Below, piece after piece: positions 18,874-27,832 of a stretch of 64,000 nt of DNA. This stretch comes from Thermoanaerobaculaceae bacterium. Lineage in GTDB: Bacteria > Acidobacteriota > Thermoanaerobaculia > Multivoradales > UBA5704. The DNA lies in assembly GCA_963785165.1 (NCBI GenBank), contig CAWAUI010000003.1:53302-117301 (forward strand), written 5' to 3'. The notes beneath the pieces are model-generated. The model did not search any database. It had not been told where the DNA came from and worked only from the letters and a program-made list of their open reading frames with translations. Position numbers and translations under genes: made by a program. Within the stretch, counting starts at the first letter, position 1. Every line of letters begins with the position of its first letter.

Positions 18874-20163
18874 ATGGCCGATCAGGTGCGGTTGGAAGAG
18901 GTGGAGGAGGGTCACCTCTCCCTTGAGACGATGGCGAAGTGGATTGCGGACAAACTCGAGCACGACGAAGTCCGGCGGATCGTGGTCCCACACCTCTTGT
19001 CGTTTTGTCCGATTTGCCGGGACCGGTACGCGGAGATCGCGCGGCTCAAGAAGGAAGTCGGGCATTGGGACGAAGAGGTCGCCGTCTTCGAGGGCCTGCT
19101 TGCTCCGGAGCTTTGGGCACGACTCGCCGGCCAGCCCTTCTCCCAGCAACTGGACGAGGTGGAGCAGAACGAGGAGCTTCACGTCTGGGCTCTCTGCCAA
19201 CTCCTCCTCAAGAAGAGCCGGGAGGCGACGTTCAACGATCCCAATCGTGGGGTGGATCTGGCGAATCTGGCGTTACGCGTGGTCCGGCATCTTGGCGAGG
19301 CGTATGACCCGAACTGGGTGATGGACCTGCGAGCCCGTTGCTTTGCCTATCTTGGGAACGCCCGCCGGGTGCTCGGAGAGCTGCGGAGCGCGGAAGACGC
19401 CTTCCTGAAGGCGGAAGGCTGTCTGGCGCGGAGCGCGACGGGGAATCCCGAGATCGCGGCTGAGGTCTGGGACTTGAAAGCCTCGCTGCGACGAGCCCAA
19501 CGCCGGCTTGATGAAGCGCTTTCCCTGGCAGACAGAGCGCTCACGCTGTACAGGCAGGGATCAGACGCGTACCGAATTTGGAAGGTATTGGTTAAGAAAG
19601 CGAAGATTTTGGAGGAAGGCGGAGATTTCGCCGGCGCCATCGAGCTGCTCAGCCAAGCCCAGGCCGAAATCGATCCCGACAACCAGCCGCAGCTTTTCTA
19701 TTACGGCAAGTTTAACCTTCTCTGTTGTCTCGTCTTGGCGGAACGTTTTGAGGAGGCGGAACGTTTCCAGCTTGCTGTCTGGGACCATGTCCAGGTCGCG
19801 AAGCCCCTGGATCTCGTCCGCCTGCGCTGGGCAGAGGGGCTCATCCACCTCGGCCTCGGCCGGCTCGGACCCGCCGAATCCGCCTTCCGCGAGGTTCGAG
19901 GAGAGTTCCTGGCGAGGGAGATGGGCTACGACGCGGCCCTGGTCTCCCTCGATCTCGCCCGGCTCCTCGTTCAGGAAGGCTGCGTGGACGACCTGAAGCG
20001 GCTGGCGGCGGAGCTCATGCCCATCTTCGAGTCGCGGGACGTGCATCGCGAGGCCATCCTCACCCTCCTGCTCTTCCAGCGCGCCTGCGAGGAGGAGAAC
20101 CTGACGCTGGACCTGGTGCGAAAATTCGCCACTTCTCTAAGGAGGGACCGCCAGGGCTGCTGA
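18874..20163 (+). CDS. Cytoplasmic TPR-like regulatory protein with N-terminal Cys pair (429 aa)
   Basis: ATG at 18874 (MADQVRLEEVEEG...). PHLLSFCPICRDRY near the N-terminus, then helical TPR-like repeats (FAYLGNARRVLGELRSAEDAFLKA..., ALTLYRQGSDAYRIWKVLVKKAKILEEGGDFAGAIELL...). No TM segment. Confidence 0.7.
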   Translation: MADQVRLEEVEEGHLSLETMAKWIADKLEHDEVRRIVVPHLLSFCPICRDRYAEIARLKKEVGHWDEEVAVFEGLLAPELWARLAGQPFSQQLDEVEQNEELHVWALCQLLLKKSREATFNDPNRGVDLANLALRVVRHLGEAYDPNWVMDLRARCFAYLGNARRVLGELRSAEDAFLKAEGCLARSATGNPEIAAEVWDLKASLRRAQRRLDEALSLADRALTLYRQGSDAYRIWKVLVKKAKILEEGGDFAGAIELLSQAQAEIDPDNQPQLFYYGKFNLLCCLVLAERFEEAERFQLAVWDHVQVAKPLDLVRLRWAEGLIHLGLGRLGPAESAFREVRGEFLAREMGYDAALVSLDLARLLVQEGCVDDLKRLAAELMPIFESRDVHREAILTLLLFQRACEEENLTLDLVRKFATSLRRDRQGC

Positions 20164-20318
20164 AATGGGGTCGAGTTTTCGCCGCGCGGGCTCCGTCGAG
20201 TCGCTGCTTCTACTTTGTCAGCGTCCCCATTACCTCCGACCCCAAGCGTTACCCTCAGGCAAGAGGCGATACCTTACCGGAATCTCTGGTGTATCTCGGA
20301 TCGTAGCCGCAGCCCGCC

Positions 20319-20560
20319 AGAAAAAGCTGCGGACCTATTGGATGCGGCTCCCGATCTGGTAGAAAAACCGCGGATCTATTGGATACGGCTCGTCGACCCA
20401 TAGAAAAAGCGGCGGACCTATTGGAAATCGCTTCCTTCCTGGTAGAAAAACACCGTACCCAGTAGAAAAAGCTGCCGACCCATTGGATACCGGCCACGAT
20501 CCAGCAGAAAAATCCCGAATCCAGTGAGTCGCGGTCGAGATCCAGTGAAAATTCCGCCGG
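20319..20560. repeat. Degenerate ~42-bp tandem repeat array (6 units, one truncated)
   Basis: Units begin with AGAAAAA at 20319, 20361, 20402, 20444, 20464 and 20506. The core is AGAAAAAGCnGCGGACCTATTGGATnCGGC plus a ~17-nt variable tail ending in (C)CAG/TGGT. Confidence 0.7.
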
Positions 20561-20706
20561 CCTTATAGGTTGGGGCGCCACTCCAGACCTTCGTCGGCGC
20601 GTACCGGGCTTGCGGCGGCTTCCCAATCCCGGTATAAATACGCCACCTTTCCGTGCCGCCGGTTCTCGGCGTGCCCCCTCTCCTTTTCATCCGAAGAGGA
20701 GAGGCG

Positions 20707-21450
20707 ATGGACCCATTGTTGGAAGAACGGAGCTTCTGCCCGCTGTCGCGGCGGGAGAAGGCTTTTCAGGCCGCCTGGGAAGATCTGGTGGAGCGCTACG
20801 GCACCTTGTTGAGGGTTCAGGTGCGGCGGGCCTTCCGGAGCGTCGGCCTGCCCGCGAGCGGCGAACGGGTGGAGGAGAGGGTGCAGGAGATCTATTACCG
20901 CCTGCTCCTGGGAGGGCAGGAAAGGTTGCGCCTGCTGAAGCGCTGGGGCGACGGGCGGCTCGTGGCCTATCTCTGCAAGATGGCCGAGACGGTGGTGGTG
21001 GACGAGGTGCGGACGGAGGCCGCCGTGAAGCGCGGCGGAGGCTGGGGCCTCTGGTGGGATCCGTCGCTGAGGGGAGCCCTCAGGCACGCCGTCGATCCCG
21101 GGGGGACGCCCGAAGAACAGGCGCTGATCTCGGAACGCCGGCGCCTGGTGCTCCGGGGCTGCCGGCGGATGGCGCACAAGATGATGGACGAGGAGGATCG
21201 CGGGCGCTGCCTGCGCGTGCTGCGACTGGCGCTTCTCGAAGGGTGGAGCAGCCGCGAGATCGTGCGGGCCGAGGGGTTCACGCTGGCCGCGAGCACGGTG
21301 GACACCCTGGTTCACAGGGCCCGGCGCAGGCTCGCCCGGGGTGGCGTTGAGCTGCCGAGCCGGAGGCGGAAGCCGGGACGGCCGAAGCGGCCGAAAACGG
21401 AGGAGACGCCGCCTTGTCCGCCGCCCTCGCTGATATCATCGCCGCCATGA
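20707..21450 (+). CDS. ECF-type sigma factor (247 aa) with basic/Pro-rich C-terminal tail
   Basis: RBS GGAGAGG before the ATG at 20707. Region 2 is VQEIYYRLLL...LVAYLCKMAETVVVDEVR. Region 4 is LLEGWSSREIVRAEGFTLAASTVDTLVHRARRRLAR. Tail is SRRRKPGRPKRPKTEE. Confidence 0.8.
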   Translation: MDPLLEERSFCPLSRREKAFQAAWEDLVERYGTLLRVQVRRAFRSVGLPASGERVEERVQEIYYRLLLGGQERLRLLKRWGDGRLVAYLCKMAETVVVDEVRTEAAVKRGGGWGLWWDPSLRGALRHAVDPGGTPEEQALISERRRLVLRGCRRMAHKMMDEEDRGRCLRVLRLALLEGWSSREIVRAEGFTLAASTVDTLVHRARRRLARGGVELPSRRRKPGRPKRPKTEETPPCPPPSLISSPP

Positions 21451-22374
21451 TCCGAGTCTTCAGCCACCCCGCGTGTCTCGACCACCATCCCCCTCTCGGC
21501 TATCCCGAAAAGCCCGAGCGCCTTACGAGCGTTCTCGGCCGTCTCCGGGAGGGGGGCTGGCCCGTGGTGGAGGAGGGGGTGGACGCGGACAACGGCGCGC
21601 GCGGCCGTGCTGGCCCTTCACGACGAGGGGTACGTGACCCGCTTCGAGCGCGCCGTGGCCCGCGGCGACTCGCTGATCGACTCGCCGGACACGCCGCTCT
21701 CCGAGGGCACGGCGAGGGCGGCCTGGGCGGCGGTCTCGGCGACCCTCGCGGCGGCGGACTGGGTGGCCGGGGATGGCACGAAAGCCCTGGCCGCCGTCCG
21801 CCCCCCGGGCCACCACGCCGAGCGCGCGGTGGCCATGGGCTTCTGCTTCTTCAACAACGTGGCGGTGGCCGCCGAGCACCTGCGCCGCCGCCACGGGGTG
21901 GACCGGGTGGCGATCTTCGACTTCGACGTCCACCACGGCAACGGCACCCAGCACCTGTTCGAGGAGCGGGCCGACGTCTTCTACGCCAGCACCCACCAAT
22001 ACCCCTTCTACCCCGGCACGGGCGCCGCGGACGAGCGGGGGATCGGCGCCGGCGAGGGCTACACCTTGAACGTCCCGCTGCCGGCCGGCACGGGCGACGA
22101 GGGCTACGCCGAGGCCATCCAGGGCCAGGTTCTCCCGGCCCTCCGCGCTTTCGCCCCCGACGTCCTCCTCGTCTCCGCCGGCTTCGACGCCTGGCAGAAC
22201 GACCCCCTGGGCGGCATGAAAGTGACCGAGGACGGCTTCCGGAGCTGGAGCGAATGGCTGCGCGACCTCGCGGGCGAGATCTGCGGCGGCCGGGTGCTGG
22301 CGGTGCTGGAGGGGGGGTACGACATGCGGAACCTGCCGATGCTGGTGGAGACGCATGTGAAGGGGTTGGAGTAG
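21447..22374 (+). CDS. Histone deacetylase-family (AcuC/HDAC class II-like) deacetylase; frameshift ~21.6 kb
   Basis: MIRVFSHPACLDHHPPLGYPEKPERL, then a frame change to LALHDEGYV...RPPGHHAE...FDFDVHHGNGTQ...EGGYD. The start overlaps the sigma gene's stop. Confidence 0.85.
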
Positions 22375-22376
22375 GC

Positions 22377-22591
22377 GCCCCTCACCCCCTGCCCCCTCTC
22401 CCAGCCCTCCACCCGCCCTGCCGGGGAGAGGGGGACGTTGTTGAAAGGGTAGAGCCTGTAGGGTGCGCTGTGCGCACCGCGACGGATGATTTGGTGCGCA
22501 CAGCGCACCCTACAAAGCTCCACCCTCTCCGTCAGGTCCCCTTCTCCCGGTCGGGGGGAGGGCGATGGGAGAAGGGACAGGGATGAGGGGC
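22377..22591. repeat. REP/MITE-like element, long subtype (copy D), carrying a nested second palindrome at 22457-22514
   Basis: Arms are gCCCCTCACCCCCtgCCCCCTCTCCCagCCCTCCACCC...GGGGAGAGGGGG and the reverse arm ...GGGATGAGGGGc. The loop contains a perfect 22-bp inverted repeat, tgtagggtgcgctgtgcgcacc-N14-ggtgcgcacagcgcaccctaca. Confidence 0.75.
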
Positions 22592-22662
22592 CGGGGCGGG
22601 GGACGCGTCGCGATCCGATCCAACTAGCCGGGCTCCTCCTACCCTATAGACGAAGATTAATA

Positions 22663-22691
22663 TTGACTTCCCTCCGCGATCCCAATAAAAT
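22663..22691 (+). promoter_or_regulatory. Candidate sigma-70-type promoter
   Basis: TTGACT, a 17-nt spacer, then TAAAAT, in the AT-richer spacer about 115 nt upstream of the 22810 start. Confidence 0.4.
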
Positions 22692-22809
22692 CCCCCAAAG
22701 TTCACGTAATACTTGAAGGCTGACCGGTAAGGTCCGCGTCTTTTCGGCTGTTTCCGACGATTCACACTAGGGTGGCTGAGCGGGGTGGGTTGTGGAGGAG
22801 GTAGGAGCG

Positions 22810-24048
22810 ATGAAGCGCAACGTCTTGTTGTCCGCGTTGTTGTCCGTCCTAGGGGTGGTGTTGCTGGCTGCGGCTCCCGCCGCGGCGGCGCCGCCTTTCG
22901 GCTCGTTCGGTGGCATCGTGGGCGGCGGCAACGCCGGCTCCGGCGTCATTCCTCTGCACGGCTGGGCGCTGGATGACAACGGCATCCAGGCGGTGGACGT
23001 GCTGGTCGACGGCGTGGTGGCCGGGCGGGCGAGCTATGGCCGGGCACGGGCGGGCGTTACGGACCGCTTTCCGGGCTTCCCCAACTCCGAGCTGCCGGGC
23101 TTCGCGTTCCAGCTGGACACCACCCACTATCTGAACGGCTCGCACTCTGTGGCCATCCGCGTCCGCAGCCTGGCGGGCGAGGTGGTCCTGCTGCCGGCGA
23201 GGAGCTTCCAGTTCTCGAACGTGGAGCACCTGCTGGCGCCGTTCGGAGCCATCGACTTCCCCCGGGCCCAGGCGGAGCTGCGGGGCCGGTGCGACCTCTC
23301 GCCGGTACGGCGCTACAGCGTCATCGCGGGCTATGCGCTGGACGCCGGCACGCAGGCGGACGACTCGGGCGTGGCCTTCGTCGAGCTGCTGATCGACCGC
23401 GCCGTCGTGCTGCAGACGGACCTGGACTGCACCTTCGACGCCGTGCGGGGAGGCCAGACCAATTGTTACGGCCTCCGCCGGCTCGACGTGGAGCGCAATT
23501 TCCCCGGCCTCAAGGACAGCCCGCACGCCGGGTTCCGCTTCGTGCTCGACGTCGGCGCTCTGATCACCCCCTTCCCGCCCGCGCAGGCCCCCTTCAACCG
23601 GGGCACGCACGTGATCACCATCCGGGCGGGGGACCACGCCAACTCGGTGCGCAACATCGCCGAGATGCCGGTCACCTTCTCGTGTGACATGGATCTTCAG
23701 AACGAGAATTCGTTCGGCGACATCGACCTGACGCTGCGCGGCCTGCTCTACCACGGCACCATCCAGGTCACGGGCTGGACGCTCGACTGGGAGGGCGTGA
23801 GCCGGGTGGACATCCTGGTCGACGGCAACCCGGCGGGCACGGCGGTCTACGGCCTCGCGCGGCCGGACCTGGACCTGTCCTTCTACCCCGGTTTCCTCAA
23901 CCTCGCCTTCCCGGGCTGGCGCTTCGACCTCGACACCACGGACTTCGAGAACGGCGAGCACTTCCTGGACGTGGTGGTGACCGACCTGCGGGGCGTCACC
24001 ACGTACATCGGGAAGCGGCGGTTCGTAATCAACAACGTGGGCGGCTGA
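22810..24048 (+). CDS. Secreted protein with three internal ~130-aa repeats (Ig-like fold suspected)
   Basis: Signal peptide MKRNVLLSALLSVLGVVLLAAAPAAAA. Three copies of the pattern G(W/Y)ALD...V(D/E)(V/L)L(V/I)DG...YG..R.D(V/L)...(F/Y)PGF...PG(F/W)(A/R)F.LDT......G.H...(I/V)(R/V)V. Intact ORF. Confidence 0.65.
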   Translation: MKRNVLLSALLSVLGVVLLAAAPAAAAPPFGSFGGIVGGGNAGSGVIPLHGWALDDNGIQAVDVLVDGVVAGRASYGRARAGVTDRFPGFPNSELPGFAFQLDTTHYLNGSHSVAIRVRSLAGEVVLLPARSFQFSNVEHLLAPFGAIDFPRAQAELRGRCDLSPVRRYSVIAGYALDAGTQADDSGVAFVELLIDRAVVLQTDLDCTFDAVRGGQTNCYGLRRLDVERNFPGLKDSPHAGFRFVLDVGALITPFPPAQAPFNRGTHVITIRAGDHANSVRNIAEMPVTFSCDMDLQNENSFGDIDLTLRGLLYHGTIQVTGWTLDWEGVSRVDILVDGNPAGTAVYGLARPDLDLSFYPGFLNLAFPGWRFDLDTTDFENGEHFLDVVVTDLRGVTTYIGKRRFVINNVGG

Positions 24049-24052
24049 TCCC

Positions 24053-24198
24053 GAGCCCTCACCTCCCCGGCCCTCCTCTCCCGGCCCGCCGCCCACCCCT
24101 TCCAGGGAGAGGAGGGAGAAATCAGAACAAGCTCCGCTTCTTTTCCCCTCTCCCCGGCCGGGCGGGTGGAGGGCTGGGAGAGGGTAGGGTGAGGGCTC
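24053..24198. repeat. REP/MITE-like palindromic element, long subtype (copy E)
   Basis: gaGCCCTCACCtCCCCggCCCTCCTCTCCCggCCC...GGGAGAGGAGGG...CCCCTCTCCCCggccGGGcGGGTGGAGGGCtGGGAGAGGGtaGGGTGAGGGCtc. Confidence 0.8.
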
Positions 24199-24221
24199 CC
24201 CGGTGCTATCCTTCGCGGTCT

Positions 24222-25184
24222 ATGCCGGGCCTTGGCCGCATTCTCTTCTTCGGAACCCCTGATTTCGCCGTCCCCACCCTCGCAGCCTTGGTCGAGGCCG
24301 GGTGGGCGCCGGTGCGCGTGGTGACGCAGCCTTCGCGGCCGGTGGGCCGGGGGCGGGGGCTTCAGGACCCTCCCGTGGCGGCCTGGGCGCGCGCGCACGG
24401 CCTGGAGGTGACGCAGCCGGAGCGGGTGCGGCATCCGGACTTCCTGGCCGAGGCCGCGGCGCTGGCGCCGGACGTGGCCGTGGTGGTGGCGTTCGGCCAG
24501 ATCTTCCCGCGCGCGCTGCTCGATCTGCCGCGGCATGGCTGCGTCAACCTGCACGCCTCGCTGCTGCCGCGCTGGCGTGGCGCCGCGCCCATCCAGGCCG
24601 CCGTCGCCGCGGGGGAGGCGCGCACGGGGGTCGCGACGATGAGGATGGAGGAGGGGCTCGACACCGGGCCGATCCTGCTGGAGGAAGAGACCGCGATCGG
24701 GCCGGACGAGACGGCGGACGAGCTGTCGCGCCGCCTGGCCGAGTTGGGCGGCAAGCTGATGGTGCGGACCCTGCACGAGCTGGAAGCCGGCGGCCTCGTG
24801 CCCCGGCCGCAGGACGTGCCGAAGGCGCCACCTACGCGCCGCGCCTGACGCGCGAGAGCGGCCGGGTGGATTGGGCGCTGACGCGCTCGCGAGCTCTACG
24901 ACCGGCTGCGGGCCTATACGCCGTGGCCGGGGCTGTCGGCGGAGCTGCGGCGGCGAGCCGGTGAAGATCGTGTCGCGCCTCCGTTCTCCCGGAGGACGCC
25001 GGCACGCACCCGGCGCCGTGCCTGGCACCCTCCTGGGCCTGCGCGACGGGCGGCTCGCCGTGGTCTGCGGCGGGTGGCACCGTGCTGGGCCTGGCCGAGC
25101 TTCAGCGCCCGGGCAAGAGGCCCTCGCGCGCGGCCGACTTCGTCAACGGGGAACGGCTGCGGCGCGGGCGAGCGCTTCTCCTGA
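24222..25184 (+). CDS. fmt: Methionyl-tRNA formyltransferase; frameshifts after ~24.83 kb
   Basis: ILFFGTPDFAVPTLAAL...VVTQPSRPVGRGRGL...NLHASLLPRWRGAAPIQAAV...TGVATMRMEEGLDTGPIL. The C-terminal domain is spread over three frames (ATYAPRLTRESGRVDW; ...LAELQRPGKRPSRAADFVNGERL). Confidence 0.85.
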
Positions 25185-25199
25185 CGCGTACGAGAGAGA

Positions 25200-26616
25200 A
25201 TGTCCAGACGCCACTTCGAGCCTCCACCGACCCCGCAGACGGGGACCCCTCGCGGCCGCGCCCGGCGGCGCACGCCGCAGGACAACGTGCGCGTGGCCGC
25301 CGGCTGGGTGCTGGAGCGGACCCTGCAATCGCTCGCGCCCGCGGACTCCTTCCTGGACAGCGCTCTGGCGCCGCTTCGACGAGCGCGACCAGGGGCTCCT
25401 GCGCGAGCTGGTCATGGGCAGCCTGCGCTGGCTGCGCCGCATCGACTACGTCATCGCCGCGGCGAGCAGCCGGTCGCTTCGACGCAGATCGAGGCGCGCG
25501 CTCCACGCGCCGCTGCGCATCGCCACCTACCAGCTCCTGTTCCTCGACCGCGTGCCCGCCCACGCCGCCGTGCACGAGGCGGTGGAGCAGGCCCACCAGC
25601 TCACCCACCGCGGCGGCGCGAGCTTCGTCAACGGCGTGCTGCGCCGCATCGCGCGGGCGCCCCGGCTGGAAGACTGGCCGGTCGAGGACGCCGATCCCGG
25701 TGCGGCGGCTGGCGATCGAGAAGAGCCATCCGGACTTCCTGGTCGCCCGCTGGTCGAGCGCTTCGGCCAGGAGCGGACGCGTGGCCTGCTCGACGCCAAC
25801 AACCGCGCCAAGCCCATGCAGCTCCTGGCCTTCCGCGACCGCGGCGGGCGCGAGCTGCTGGCCGAGCGGCTGATCGACGAGGGGCTGGAGGTCGAGCCGG
25901 CGGCGCTCTCGCCCCTGGGGCTCATCGTGCGCCGGGGCAACCCGTTCGCCTCGGCGGCCTTCCAGCGCGGCGACTTCTACGTGCAGGACGAGGCGAGCCA
26001 GGCCGCGGCCCTGATCCCGCCGCCGCGCCCGGGCGAGACGGTGCTCGACGCCGCCGCGGCGCCGGGCGGCAAGAGCTTCGCCCTGCTCGCCCACGAGCCG
26101 GGCGTGCGCATCACCGCTCGCCGACGTGGCCCTCGTCCCGGCGCCAACGTGCTGCGCGAGCAACCTTCGCCGGCTGCGCCGCCATCTGCCCTCTGGTCGT
26201 GGCCGACGCGGGCGTGCCGCCCTTGCAAGCGGCCGTTCGACCGGGTGGTGCTCGACCTGCCCTGCACGGGCACGGGGACGCTGCGCCGCCATCCCGAGAT
26301 CAAGTGGCGGATCAGCGAGAGCGAGATCGGCCGCCTGTCGCGCCAGGCCCTGCGCCTGCTCGACGGCGACGGCGCCGCTGGTGGCGCCCGGCGGGCTGCT
26401 GGTGGCGATCACCTGCTCGCTCGAACGGGAGGAGAACGAGGACGTCATGACACGTTTTCTCGCTACCAGGCCGGACCTCTCGCCCCTGCCCCTGGAGGGG
26501 CTGCTGGAGAACCCCGCTGGCGGCCAGTGTCACGGGCCCCGGATCGTGGCGCGTGCTGACCGGCGGGGACCATGACGGATTCACCGTCAACGTGCTCGCG
26601 GAAAGCCCGGATCTAA
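25200..26616 (+). CDS. rsmB: 16S rRNA (cytosine-C5) methyltransferase RsmB/Sun; many frameshifts
   Basis: NusB-like N-terminus (RELVMGSLRWLRRIDYVI...YQLLFLDRVPAHAAVHEAVE). SAM motif VLDAAAAPGGKS. DLPCTGTGTLRRHPEIKW. ITCSLEREENE. The 3' end estimate assumes a stop at 26614-26616. Confidence 0.8.
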
Positions 26617-26720
26617 GCGGTTTCCGCGGGCCTGCCCGCCTTGACAGCGCCCCGCCGGTTGCCTTATCGTTTACGGCTGTCACTTTCGCTCAGGAAAAAC
26701 CACGGCAAGGAGGAGAGGAG

Positions 26721-27023
26721 ATGGCTGGTAAGGCAGACCTGGTCAATAGCATTGTGGACTCCGTGGAGGGCATTACCCGGCGGCAGGCCGTTGCGGCTTT
26801 CGAGGCAGTTTTCGGTGCGATCTCCAGTTCGCTCAAGGCCGGTGAGTCGGCCAAAGTCCCGGGTTTCGGCAGCTTCGCCATCTCCGAGCGGGGTGCCCGC
26901 AAGGGCCGCAACCCCGCCACGGGCGAGTCGATCACCATCAAGGCCAGCAAGAGCGTCCGCTTCAAGGCCGGCAAGGAGCTGAAGGAAGCCGTCAACACCA
27001 AGAAGCGGGGCAAGAAGGCTTAA
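26721..27023 (+). CDS. hup: HU/IHF-family DNA-binding protein
   Basis: RBS AAGGAGGAGAGGAG before the ATG. MAGKADLVNSIV...GFGSFAISERGARKGRNPATGESITIKASKSVRFKAGKELKEAV. Confidence 0.9.
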   Translation: MAGKADLVNSIVDSVEGITRRQAVAAFEAVFGAISSSLKAGESAKVPGFGSFAISERGARKGRNPATGESITIKASKSVRFKAGKELKEAVNTKKRGKKA

Positions 27024-27049
27024 GCGCAGCACCCGATCGCTCCAACCTG

Positions 27050-27086
27050 CCCCTCTCTCCGCGCCTTCCTCCGGCCGGGAGAGGGG
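27050..27086. terminator. Hairpin between convergent genes (possible bidirectional terminator; resembles half a REP unit)
   Basis: CCCCTCTC, a 21-nt loop, then GAGAGGGG. Located between the hup stop (27023) and the GT2 stop (27095). Confidence 0.4.
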
Positions 27087-27094
27087 GAGGCCGC

Positions 27095-27776
27095 CTACCG
27101 GACCTGCCGGTAGAGCCGCGCCAGCCGGTGCGGTGAAATCCCGAAAAAGATAGAGAATCCAGATCAGCCAGTTGATCGCCACCGTGCGCACGGCCCCTTG
27201 CTCCACGAAGCGGCGGGCGCCCGTGGTGACCGGGGACTCGATGATCGCCGCGCCGTGCCGAGGCGGCGCAGCCGCAGGGCGAAATCGAGATCCTCCAGGA
27301 TCGGCCAATCGCGATAGCCGCCCGAGTTTTTCGAACGTCTCGCGCGTGACGAACTGGGCCTGATCGCCCAGCGGCAAGCGGATCAGCCGTGTGCGCCAGT
27401 TGATCAGCCACGAGCCCAGGCGCTGCACGGGCCGGTCCGTGTCGAAACGCAGAAAGAAGGCCCCGCCCGGAGCGCCGTCCGCGATCGCCCCCCGCACCGC
27501 GTCGAGTCCGCCGGGCGGCAGCGTGGTGTCGGCATGGAGGAAGAGGAGGATGCCTGCGCCGTTGGCCGCCGCGGCGCCCCGGTTGAGCTGGCCGCCCCGG
27601 CCCGGCAGGCCCCACGACCACCCGGGCACCGAGCTCGCGCGCCACGGCCACCGTGCGCGTCGCCGCTGCCGCCGTCCGAGACCACCACCTCGTCCGCCAC
27701 CGCCAGCGTCGCCGGGCAGGGTGCGGCGCAGGGCGTCCTCCTCGTTGAGGGTGGGCACCACGATCGCCAGTCGCAT
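27095..27776 (-). CDS. Family-2 glycosyltransferase (small, TIGR04283-like); multiple frameshifts
   Basis: MRLAIVVPTLNEEDALRRTLP..., ADEVVVSDGGSGD (another frame), ILLFLHADTTLPPGGLDAVRGAI...RLPLGDQAQFVTRETFEKLG. The true C-terminus GISPHRLARLYRQVR-stop is recovered by a shift at the T-run near 27140. Confidence 0.7.
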
Positions 27777-27832
27777 GGGGCTCAAGATGGCTGAAATGCT
27801 AGCATGCAGCGTTCCCCGGAGAAGCAAATCCC

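Noticed and set aside
20319-20560. Possible CRISPR array.
   Set aside because: The repeat head is only ~25 nt and degenerate. The 'spacers' are ~17 nt and share ends. One unit is truncated, and no cas genes or leader were seen anywhere in the window.
27799-27808. 10-bp palindrome ATGCTAGCAT in the 56-bp divergent GT2/moaC spacer as an operator.
   Set aside because: Too short, and unsupported by a second copy or flanking promoter elements that I could identify.
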